The notes under the pieces are model-generated. The model saw only the letters and a program-made list of their open reading frames with translations, ran no database searches and was not told the origin of the DNA. The position numbers and the translations under genes are program-made. A stretch of 64,000 nucleotides of DNA from Vicugna vicugna (lineage: Eukaryota): contig MU062133.1 of assembly GCA_013265495.1 (NCBI GenBank), positions 23,119,623 through 23,183,622 on the forward strand, read 5' to 3'. The number at the start of each line of letters is the position of its first letter. Within the stretch, counting starts at the first letter, position 1. This document shows, piece by piece, positions 26,701 to 36,463 of the stretch.

Positions 26701-29700
26701 ACGGAGTCTGATGTAATGTTAACACACTCAGGGAAATGACATCTCATCACCTTCACCATATTCCATAGGTTAGGGGCAGTCACAGGTCCTGCCCACAGGA
26801 GATGGTGCACCAGCCTGATGATCAGCAGGAAGCCACCCTGGGAGTCTGTTTGTCATGTCACCAACAAGGCAGTTCCTAAACTTGGCTCTTACATCTCAAT
26901 TTTTCCTATATTTAAAAAGAGAAAGAAGTTTCAACTGCTGGATTGTAATCACTGAATACTACCTTTTACCTAGAGATTAAGACATTTTCAGCCTTTTATG
27001 AAACAAAATAGGTTTCTTTTCTTTCAGGACAAAATTTGGAGAGCAGAAACTGATCCTTAACATCACCATTAATAATAGAATTTTCTATTTACTTTACTGT
27101 TGATACAGTTTTTAGAAGTCCAAAAATTTATTTTCAGAACAGAGCTAAAGGTTTAAGTAATTTTCCCTAACACTCCAAAGTAAGAGGAGCAATAAACATA
27201 TACAGTCCCCAAAATACAGCTTTCAAAAGGCATTTTTGACCTTTGAAATTATGATTCATCTCATTGCAACTCAGAAAACACAGGTGTATCCACAGAGAAA
27301 TACATACCTACAAGCACAGTTAAACCAGGTAAAATTCTGGAATTTCTAAAAGGAAAGGTTTTACACTCATGGTAATGGCAGTATTCAATTTGTACGGTAG
27401 CAAACTTTGAAAATAAACAGTTTCATTCTGAAACCTGATATTATTATTATGGTTATTGCTTTCAGCACCAAAGATCAAAAGCAATTTTATTATTTAAAAT
27501 TTATTTTTTGTTTGAAAACCATTAAACTGTGTATGGGGTTTGCTTATCTAGGTATCAGCAAACACAGAAGATTCTTCTATGAGTGGCTACTTGTACAGAT
27601 CAAAGGGCAATAAAAAACCCTGGAAACACTTGTGGTTTGTCATAAAAAATAAAGTGCTATATACATATGCTGCAAGTGAGGTAAGATCTGAAATTTAAAT
27701 ATGAGTAATTTGGGGGTCTTGTTTTATAATGCTACTTGGAAATAATTACAGTGTTTGCTTAATCTGTCTATGATTTTTATTTCACTTTGCTTTTGGAGGA
27801 GATGTTGTTATTTTTGACATGAACAGTGTCCTTATTTTGTACCTAAAGAGCTCTTACTTAAAAATGTTAGGAATTTTCCGTAGTATTAGAATGTACGTTT
27901 TGGGGGTGTCATGTGACCACTGACTACTAAAGGCAGAGGTTCTTTTTCTCTTTTTTTGGTGGGGATAAGTGGGAGGTAATTAGGTTTACTTATTTATTTA
28001 TGATGGAGGTACTGGGAATTGAACCCAGGACCTTGCGAATACTAAGCATGTGCCCTACCACTGTGCTGTACCCTTCCCAAGGCAGAGGTTCTTATCCTTT
28101 CTGCTAAGTTCTCTTGGATGACACTCCCTTGACTATCCCCAGGTTGTACTGATCAGGTATCAGCATAGATAAATCGACTTTGTTCTGGGTTATAAACAAT
28201 TTCTGGCTGTTGGTTCTAATACTACCCTTTTCTCCTACCTGACCATCCTTTGTTCCAGCATCCTATGAAAACCACTTCTCTAGGGTCCAAGCTCTAATTT
28301 AGTGGGACTAGGGGATATCACCTTTCTAGAGCTATGTTTTCTGCATCCACAAAATGAAAGTAATGTAATTACTTACCTCTCTTGGTTATAAGGAAATAAT
28401 ATGAAATTCAATGGACATGAACACATTGAAAACTATCTAGCACAGTGTCTAGCTCATTGGGTAGCTGAAGTGGGGCAGCTCAATTAATACTGTTGAGGAA
28501 ATTAAAAATGAATAAGTTGCTAGAATTACCATTGTTTTATCTATGTGTATAATGAAATTAAATTAGAACTATATAGATCAAGAGTTTTCAGATCTGAATT
28601 TAAAAACCCATCTCCCTTTGTGTCTTTGTAAATTAGGACGTGGCAGCATTGGAGAGTCAACCTTTACTAGGATTCACTGTCACTCAAGTCAAAGATGAGA
28701 ATTCAGAGTCTAGAGTGTTTCAGCTACTGCACAAAAACATGTTATTTTACGTATTCAAAGCAGATGATGCTCACTCAGCTCAAAAGTAAGTAATTTAGGC
28801 ATATTTATCATACATAAGATTTCAAGTTGGTACTTTAAATGAGTGATGTTTAAAATAACCTACTTTTGTGCATGAGAACAACTAAGAATTTAAATCAGAG
28901 ATCCAAATTAGAAAGATTTAATGTATTATTCACACTCTTTAGAATTGTTTTAAAGATAGGAGAGTGTATCTGAAATACTTTCAGGAGGCAGAGGGGAGAA
29001 GAAAATAGGTAGTTCTGTCCAAAATATTTTGTGTGCACGTGACTCCGAGGAAGCAGCATGATGCTACTCTGCTGAAAGGAAGGGACGCTGAGGTATTTGA
29101 CCTCTCCTCCAATGAGGTTAAGAATCTTCTCTTGAAACGTTCTAGGACTTTGGCAATCCAGTGATTCAATTGTGCCACGGAACAGCAGGAGTTTAAACAG
29201 CTGCTTGCTAACTTACTTCTTTGGGGAAAAGGTCAAACACATTAAGAGGCTCCCATGCTGTTCCCAATGACTGAGTAGAAGGAAATGGATATCATTTTAG
29301 ATGAAAAAGGCTGAAACAGTCTCTTCAAAATTCCAACAAGAATATTTATTTAGATGTCATGAGGTGGCTTAACATAGAGAAGCATATCTCTGAAATCAAG
29401 CTCCTTTCTGAACAAAACAGTTCGGTTCACCTCCCTTCCATCTGATTTTTATTTTGGCCTCATAAAAATGTTAGTTTTTGTTTTCACTAAGAGGTGCTCA
29501 TGTTTTCTATTTCAGTAGGCTTAAAAAGTGCATGTAGATTAAAAAGATTGATTTAAATAAGCCAGGCAGTTGAATTAATATGCCAGAATTTTGTATGTTC
29601 TTGAATATTAATCAGGTACTGTTACAAAAATACCCTATAAGAAATTTTTTTTTTTTTTTGGTCTATGTTAGGATATCTAGCCATGGTTAGCTGTTCCTCC

Positions 29701-30918
29701 AAATAATTTCTTTTAGGTAAAAAAAAAAATTTCTTTTAGGTACTGAAGAATATTTTAAAATTATGACACAAGTATTTTTTCTTTAAAATTACTTGGATAA
29801 AATAGTAATTGCCCTAATATTCTATTAGTTACTATATTTCTCATCATCTTCATCTGTATTCACCATCAAGCTGATAAGCTTTTGAATATACATCTTTTGC
29901 TTATATCATTAAATTAACAAGATAGAAATCCCTTCAAGACAGAGTTGAATGTAGTTGGGTGAAAGGAATCAGCTTATTTGTAATTTAGAATTAATACAGG
30001 CTAAATTATGTTTCTCTTTGAGCTTATTATTATTACCATATGGGTTGCTCTATTTAAACATTACAAAATAAAAAAATGTTAATTTTAATGGGAACTTTTG
30101 ACTTTAACAGTCTTATAATTATGGTATAACATATGCCATTTGCATTTTAAATTTAATTTTTTTAAATTCCATCCTAAAAATTTGAGATAAATCTGTTATA
30201 GGCCACTTTTACTAATTAAAGTGAGTGATTTAAAATGTTCCTGGTAAGTTCAGAAGCAATTACAGTACTAGGGAGGTACAAAGAAACTACCTACAGATGT
30301 TTTTTTGAATAACAGTAGCTGTGTATGTTGTCAGGTAAAACTTTTGAGACAAGAATTTTAGAAAGACTTCTGTGAAACTCTGAGACACTTTTATATTGCA
30401 AACAAACTTTAGATTAACTGAGCGTACACCACTAGATGCTAGATTCCCTTTCATTGAAAATATTAAAACAGGTCTAGACTATAGATGCCCAAGGAATCTC
30501 AGGTTCTTAGAATTAAGGGATGAGGAGATGGGGATAGAGCTAGTGTTCCTAAAGGCAGAAAGCGGGTTGAAATAAAGGGCTTTGCAGCTATCTTCACTTC
30601 CAAAATCAATTAAATGGGATCATTAGGACTTCATAGAGCTCTTACATGAAATGGCCTCTTCCTCATGCCTCATAGAAATAAGAGATGTACTTTTCAGGCC
30701 AAATTTGGGTCCAGATTACCAAATAAAGGGTAGTTCCATACATACAGAATTCTTGTTTGCTCTAGAAAAGACCTTAAATATAATGTTAGGGTAATTGGAT
30801 GCACAGCCACAGCTATTACCTATATTGTCTTAACATGTATTGGATGATTGCATTTTACGGATTAACAAATTTCTCTTCTAGGTGGATAGAAGCATTTCAA
30901 GAAGGCACAATATTGTAG
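8739..30918 (+). CDS. FGD6: FGD6 (FYVE, RhoGEF and PH domain-containing 6), 3' part: 13 coding exons, ~403 C-terminal residues; upstream exons lie outside the window
   Basis: join(8739-8789,11732-11790,11874-11945,12657-12725,13263-13346,14121-14200,20091-20193,20673-20819,21666-21768,23512-23639,27552-27680,28637-28785,30882-30918). All introns are GT-AG with consistent phases. Translation runs [17 protein letters not shown]...[18 protein letters not shown]...[11 protein letters not shown], matching recalled FGD6. Confidence 0.97.
10890..11048. mobile_element. MER20 partial
   Basis: catccctggctcctacccacta...gtttgtgacaaccaaaa...ttgagaacaactg. Confidence 0.7.
11732..11790 (+). CDS. FGD6: FGD6 coding exon [20 protein letters not shown]
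   Basis: tttag|ATGCC...GGA|gtaagt, 59 nt. Confidence 0.97.
11874..11945 (+). CDS. FGD6: FGD6 coding exon [24 protein letters not shown]
   Basis: ctgtag|GACAAC...CGG|gtaagt, 72 nt. Confidence 0.97.
12657..12725 (+). CDS. FGD6: FGD6 coding exon (PH1) [23 protein letters not shown]
   Basis: aatcag|GTTTTT...CTG|gtaagt, 69 nt. Confidence 0.97.
13263..13346 (+). CDS. FGD6: FGD6 coding exon (PH1) [28 protein letters not shown]
   Basis: tttcag|TTTAAT...AAG|gtctgt, 84 nt. Confidence 0.96.
14121..14200 (+). CDS. FGD6: FGD6 coding exon (PH1) [27 protein letters not shown]
   Basis: ctccag|GTTGGA...CAG|gtatat, 80 nt. Confidence 0.96.
14455..14605 (-). mobile_element. Vic-1-type SINE, long form
   Basis: ggaggtactggggattgaaccc...ctgagctataccc-like body; short TSD ctgatc. 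Confidence 0.88.
15120..15325 (-). mobile_element. MIR
   Basis: gtgcttactttgtgccagg...ctaagcacttt...cttcacaacaccct...catgcttttaaccatt. Confidence 0.75.
16590..17580 (-). mobile_element. L2 (about 1 kb)
   Basis: ccaggcattgtgctaggc L2 3' end followed by typical purine-rich L2 body. Confidence 0.75.
20091..20193 (+). CDS. FGD6: FGD6 coding exon [34 protein letters not shown]
   Basis: caacag|TTCTGC...GAG|gtattg, 103 nt. Confidence 0.96.
20673..20819 (+). CDS. FGD6: FGD6 coding exon (FYVE first half) [22 protein letters not shown]...[10 protein letters not shown]
   Basis: ccacag|GCAGAC...AAG|gttgga, 147 nt; FYVE WxxD and RRHHCR motifs. Confidence 0.97.
21666..21768 (+). CDS. FGD6: FGD6 coding exon (FYVE second half) [34 protein letters not shown]
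   Basis: ttgcag|ATTGTA...TTAG|gtaata, 103 nt; RVC motif. Confidence 0.97.
23512..23639 (+). CDS. FGD6: FGD6 coding exon [43 protein letters not shown]
   Basis: ttttag|ACCACC...GAA|gtaagt, 128 nt. Confidence 0.96.
24828..24987. mobile_element. MER5A (hAT-Charlie MITE)
   Basis: CATCGGTTCTCAAAGTG...cacctgggaac..tagaaatgcag-like...TTTAAGAACCATTG. Confidence 0.85.
25078..25656 (-). mobile_element. L1M (L1MB-like) 3' end fragment
   Basis: aaccattttaaagtatataattcagtgg...ggttgtttccaccttttgg...cctaggagtgaaattgc. Confidence 0.85.
25710..25875 (-). mobile_element. Younger artiodactyl-type L1 3' tip with 11-bp TSD
   Basis: ttgaagtatagttgatttacaatg..ttagtttctggtgtacagcatagtgattc; TSD tagaaattcct at 25699-25709 and 25876-25886. 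Confidence 0.85.
26428..26865 (-). mobile_element. MLT1 (MaLR) solo LTR
   Basis: tattagttttctattgctgtgtaacaaatta...aaacaacacacatttattatctc...tctcatctggaggctgactaggga. Confidence 0.75.
27552..27680 (+). CDS. FGD6: FGD6 coding exon (PH2) [43 protein letters not shown]
   Basis: atctag|GTATCA...GAG|gtaaga, 129 nt. Confidence 0.97.
27945..28078 (-). mobile_element. Vic-1-type SINE, long form, perfect 15-bp TSD
   Basis: TSD aaggcagaggttctt at 27930-27944 and 28079-28093. Confidence 0.9.
28637..28785 (+). CDS. FGD6: FGD6 coding exon (PH2) [50 protein letters not shown]
   Basis: aattag|GACGTG...CAAAA|gtaagt, 149 nt. Confidence 0.97.
30882..30918 (+). CDS. FGD6: FGD6 last coding exon [11 protein letters not shown]
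   Basis: ttctag|GTGGATAGAA...TTG TAG; stop at 30916-30918. Confidence 0.96.
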
Positions 30919-33900
30919 CTATATTGGTCTCATCTCTTGTATGATTCCAGAAGGGTGAAATTTCATCAGAATAGAGTAAATGCAGTGCAAAAGTTTTATA
31001 AATGAACAGTGCCAAGATAAATCCAACCAAAATCTTCATCAATGAAATTATTTTGTTAGGTATAAGGTATTTTTTTAAATGTCTGTTTTTCATATATGTT
31101 ATTTATTAAACTTTTGATGTTTACTAAATGGTCAGAATTATTTCTGAGAGTGACACTGAATTCTAAAGTACCTTTACTTTAGAAAACAGAAAACTTATCT
31201 TAATACTGTATACTGTATTAACTATTTGTGACACAGTCTGTTCTGTTTTCTCAGTGTGTTTTACAGTGTTAAATTGTAATATTCTCACTAGTGGTAAATA
31301 TAAAACACACATCAAGGAGCAAACTTCCATGCAGTGTTTGGTTTAGAAATTATGATTATAAAACTGCTGATAAAAAATGCATGTCTTTGAATCAGTCAAT
31401 TTAGATGAAGTTTTGTATCTTTTAAAGGAAACATACATGGCCAATTTCTACCTCAGTAACTGTGAAATTCCAGTAAATTATCTAAAATATTTCTACTGTT
31501 ATGTGTATCTTTTGGCATGAGATAATGTCACATCATCAAGGAATTATAGCAAAGGGATAGAATCTGAGTTTTTATTTAACTGAATTTTGAGCAGGAAAAA
31601 GGATGTTTTCATCTGTAGGGGAACACAAATAATCAACTCTATGGCCTTTACATTAAGTCTGATCTTTTTTTTAAAGCTGCCAGTTCAAAACAAACATAAA
31701 TGTATTATTTCTTTAAAAAGCAAAACATGACAAGCATTATATTACATAATGTCCCTTGCTGCTGTAAGTATTCTGAGCCCAAGTCAGGTGGTATTTGCAT
31801 CTAAAAAGAATGTTACGTTTCCTCTAATATTGTGATTTAAAAAATGAACTGGAATTACCATATCACAAAAGCACAAATTCTAAAGCCAGTATTAGCTGAA
31901 ATTGTGTACTGTTCATTTTAATACTAGTTTGTGTTATGTCTTCCCTGATAATTAAAAAAAAGTTTTTTTTTCTTTAACCAACTGCCAGTGTACCTCATTA
32001 GGAAGGGTTTATATTCCTAATTCTGGTGCACATATTGTTTAACATATGGACGATGTAGATTAAATTGTTGATTAGCAGAGGAAAAATGAAATTAACACTA
32101 TGATGAAAGTCATTCCTGATGTTGAGAATGTACATTTATTGATTGAGCTTAAACTAAATATAAATTATCTTAAAAGGCCAGATAATCCATAAAATAGTTC
32201 ATCAAAGGGCACAAGAAAATTCCCTTCTGCTTTTATATAAAGACTTTCCTAATTCAGTATGATATTTATGATTGCCAAGAGCAGTCCTGGGTGCCCTTCT
32301 GAAGCCTTTTGAATGTCTGTTACAGCACCAGGGTCTCCACTAGATCTAGAGTTGGTTGCTATAGTTTTTCCGGCTGTTGTTTGCTTTGGAATCATTTTAA
32401 ACCCTCACACAATCCTCACATGCTATCTCCCAATTCTTTCTGTCTCTGTAGGTAAACTAACACTTCTTTGCAGCTTATTAATTTTAACCAAGATAACGTA
32501 AATAAGGTTTCCGTGTTAAAAATCCTCCAGTTTTTAGTGTATCCCTTCTGGAGACCAAGATTATGCCTTTTATATAAAGTGTTTCCTTCTACTTCCTTGG
32601 GACTAGCATTTCACAAAAGAAGTTTTTTGGCATTCTTCCCTCCTGTTTTTGAGCTCTCAGCCTTCTGACTACAAGGTTTTTGGTTTAATCAGAATCTAAA
32701 AATCATCAGCCAAGGCTATTCTATCTTCCAACAGTTGACCAAATCAAGAACCAGTTAAATACTTAAATACAAGAAACGCGGCACAAACTTCTAGTAATTC
32801 CACTAATTACATGTGGAACTCATGTATGATTGTGCTAGTTATTTTTTTTAAAGCCGCCAGTTCAACACAAACATAAATGTATTATTTCTTAAAAAACAAA
32901 ATATGGCGAGTATTATATTACACAATGTCAGAAGAGCAGTTATAAAGCCAAGCCCAAAAGAATGCTGAAAGAAACCTAGACAAGAGATGCCACGTTAAAC
33001 TAGAGGAAGGCTGGCGTTCTTAGTACATGTCTCCCACAAGTGTTCGCCCTTTATCTGTGGCAGATGTCACGTAGAGGACCCTCCAGAGTCTAGGAAAACG
33101 AGAAAGGTTATCTTTGGCATTATCCCACGTTTCTGAACCTCCCTCCAACTTCTTTTCCCCTGTTCCCTAATGTACCCAGTATTTTCCTATTGTTCTTTGC
33201 CCAAGATAATTAATTCTCTCTTTTTCAAGTAAAAGCTTGATTCTTTGACTATATGGTAGCATTTCTTAAAATGAGATCATCAGAGAAACCTTTGTTTAAT
33301 GCAACGCTGTAATGAAACAACTAAGTGAAGAAGACAACTTTAGAGTTTAGTTTTGTTAGCCAAATGTATAATTTTTTTTGGTTGGTAGAAGATATCCAGA
33401 AATAGGGAAGGCCTGCTATTTAGTAATTTAGTTAAAACATAAATGTTATCACAGTATATGGTGATATGACTTGGAGTGTGCTTTCATTATACTCGGTTTT
33501 TGAAGTTTGAGATCCACTGTAGTCAAATGTAGTCACTGGGACTTCCAGAGAGGTAAATCCTATTTCTCTTTTAATACTGCACACTCCTTAAAGACAGATA
33601 GTATATATCATATATATTTGCTTTTCACAAAATACTACCCTTAAGACAGTCTTTTAAGAGAAAATACTTGTTGAGGAAAGTAAGGACAGGATTCTTGCCA
33701 TCTACATCTCAAACCCCGCTCCCAATGTGCCCTCATTATACCTCAATCTTAGACCTACTGTTTCTAACATTCTGCAAGGCTGATTTGCAAGTACCTTTTG
33801 CATGTCTACATGAATCCTTAAGCATTTTAAACTTAACATGACTGAAATTTAACTCAGTTTCTTTCCGTTCAAATCTGTTTATTTTCTTCTGCAATGGAAA

Positions 33901-34950
33901 AACACCATTCTAGGCTCCAGAATCTGCCTCCAAGTATCAACAAGACCCTCTGCAAATATTCTCATATCCTCTCCATCTTCATTGCTCTTCTGTTATTGCA
34001 TCAGACCTAGATCAAGTCCTTCTTACCTCTTCCTAATGAGTGGCATAACTTTTCTTCTAATTCCAATGCCTATTTTAAATGCTCCCAGAGTCATCTTGTA
34101 AAGCATAGTTCTATTTTCATCCCTGCTCTTTACAACCTTTATTGGCTTCCCAGTGGCTTGGCATGCAACACTTTTCCTCAGGTATCATACACTGCAGCTA
34201 ACCCCAACCCAGCCTTTCTCTGTTCGGTTTTCTTCTTTCTCACCTCTTCCCTCACCTCCATTTCTGCCTATTTATCCAGGACTTCTCTGTAACAGTTAAT
34301 CCTAGTCCGTCTCTCCCCTGCCCTCCAGACTAGATCTATGCTCTCCTTCCTCTATGTTCCCATAGCCTTTAGCTCCTAAACAGACTTTCTTATGGTGCTT
34401 GTCACATTCGGTCCTTGAGGACAGCAACTGTATGTTGTTCATCTGAGATTCTCCCTCAGCATCTGGCAGAGTGCCTTGCCTGCACCGGACACTCAGTATT
34501 TGGTGAATTAAATAATTAAATTAATTCAAATAGATCTCTCTCTCTCTTTTTGAGTGCTTCTAATACACAAATATTTTGGAGCCTATGCTACTTCTAATGT
34601 TACTTCCTAAGGGAAAATATCTAGTAGGATTTTTTTTTTAAGATAAAGATAGTAGTAAATTTTCAAAAAGCCTCAACATCAAATTCCCTTTTTGGGGGAG
34701 GAAGGGGGATAGAAGGGGGCAGCTTTCTCTTACGTGAGTTGGTCACAGCATGTTAAAAATCAATCTTAAAAAACTATTGTTTTTTTAAATGACAAATTTC
34801 TAGAAACACTTTTCACTTAAAGTGATAATAGTTTGTATCTTATTGTCTATATAGAGATGTAGATCCTTTATAAATAAACTACTAGCATTGTAAATAATGT
34901 TAATATGTATTATATTTATACAAAATAAATTTACTGAATCTACTTTTGGT
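30919..34950 (+). other. FGD6: FGD6 3'UTR (~4 kb, end approximate)
   Basis: Follows the stop codon; AT-rich; ends at the polyadenylation signals described next. Confidence 0.7.
33730..34520 (+). mobile_element. L2 inside FGD6 3'UTR
   Basis: Pyrimidine-rich L2 body ending ccttgaggacagcaactg...cactcagtatttggtgaatt. Confidence 0.7.
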
Positions 34951-34975
34951 GTGGTGATGTCTTTTAAAATTTTTA
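34873..34975 (+). terminator. Probable FGD6 polyadenylation region
   Basis: AATAAA at 34873-34878 and 34924-34929, a Pumilio-type TGTAAATA at 34889-34896, and a downstream GU-rich element ttttggtgtggtgatgtctttt at ~34953-34975. Confidence 0.65.
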
Positions 34976-36239
34976 TAGTCCTACATTTAAAGATGAACCA
35001 CACTGGCCTGTTTTCCTGAATCATAATTAGGTGAATCTCTTTTTCACCCACAAAAGATATTCCCAAAATAGCTTCTACCTCCAAATTTTAATAAGTCAAT
35101 TTATTGACTTAAGTGAATTAATTGGATAAGGGGGTAACCCCAAGTGTCATTATAGACATATATATTGGGCACTGAGAATAGAGAAAAGTTCTCAGATTTC
35201 CCTTTTCCACTGGACCTATAATATACTTTCTTAGCTTTCACCTTTGGTACCAACTTTAAGGATTTGGTCCTGAATTTGGGCGGATGGAGGAGGGGCTGCC
35301 TTAAAACCACCAACCACACAACAAACGATACTAAAAGGAAGAGGAAGACTTAAAAAATGAGGCATAAAACATATTTCCACTCGTTAGGGGTTGTTGCATG
35401 CCCCCTTTCTGTTATTTTTCCAGGTTCCAGAAAGAAATGACAGCAGAGATGTTCTTACCAGTGCACCTTTGTTTTTCCTGACTTGGGTTTCTGCCCTGAA
35501 TCGGTGACTGCTTTTCTAGTGCCAATTAATACTAAAAAACATACTGAGGACCCCTTCTTTTAAAGTCCAAAACACACAGTACTTCGCCCAAAGTGGGCAG
35601 CTCTTTCAGTGCCTCACGTGGCCACTATCACAATGTGGTGTTCTGTCAGTGCCTTTTCATTTTGCAAATCTTTATTGACCATTAGGCATTGTCCTATAAA
35701 TTTGGGAATACACCACTGAACAAAAGACTAAAGCCAGTCTTCCGGAAGTTTACATTCTAAGGGATTATATTCTAGCTTCATTTAACTATTGTACCCGTTT
35801 ACTCTCGAGAGTTGACTCATTAAACTTTGCCTTAATATATAAGATTCTGCCCCAGCTTTTTAAATTTAAGGTTTTTTTTAGTATTTTATTGGGATCTAAC
35901 GTTTTGTTAGTCTAACAAAACTTTTAGTTTAAGGTAAGAGCCTATAACAGAGCCCACTTTTCCACAAGTTAGAAACCGAACTGTCTAAAACTGGTAAGGT
36001 TATCTATTTTTGCTCAAATCTGAACAGTCTCAAAACTTCGTTTTAAGGACCGCCTTTTGCAAACAAGACGCTAAGCGCAGGCGGCTTCTGAAAGTTCCCA
36101 GGAGGGTTGAGTGGCTCTGGCGGGGCAGTCTCCCTCCTTTACGATAGGGGGCAGCCGACTTTCAGGGGCTCAGTTCTTTCATCCCTCCACTAGGAACGTC
36201 ACGACCTGCTCTCGCCTCCTCGTTACTCCACTAGTGCGC

Positions 36240-36463
36240 AGGCCCCGACGGGAGCGCGCACCGAGGAGCTGAGGGAGGGGTCACGAACTCTGACCCCCCC
36301 AAATACACAAACGCAGAAAGCTCCTTACCCCCATTTTTTTAACCCTCCCTGCTTCAGCTTTCTCCAACGTGTCTCTTCCCGGAGTCCCCCGCCCCAGCAG
36401 CCGCCGCAGCGGGACTGACCGGTCTACGCCCGGCACAGAACGTAGCTCGGTAGAGAAGCGCCG
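36240..36463 (+). other. NR2C1: NR2C1 non-coding exon 1 (start approximate)
   Basis: Resembles recalled human NR2C1 5'UTR (GGTCACGAACTCTGACCCCCC..AAATAC..AAAC..AGAAAGCTC); donor CCG|gtaaga at 36464. Confidence 0.8.
36277..36297. promoter_or_regulatory. Composite nuclear-receptor response element GGGGTCA-CGAACTC-TGACCCC
   Basis: Three RG(G/T)TC(A/G) half-sites giving IR0, DR1 (minus strand) and IR7 arrangements. Confidence 0.75.

Noticed and set aside
31674-31685. 12-nt identity to miR-22-3p (aagctgccagtt) in the FGD6 3'UTR repeat
   Set aside because: Same sense as the miRNA so not a target site; no precursor hairpin; the second copy is mismatched.
35101-35319. Lys-rich minus-strand ORF as a ribosomal-protein pseudogene
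   Set aside because: I could not align it to any ribosomal protein I know.
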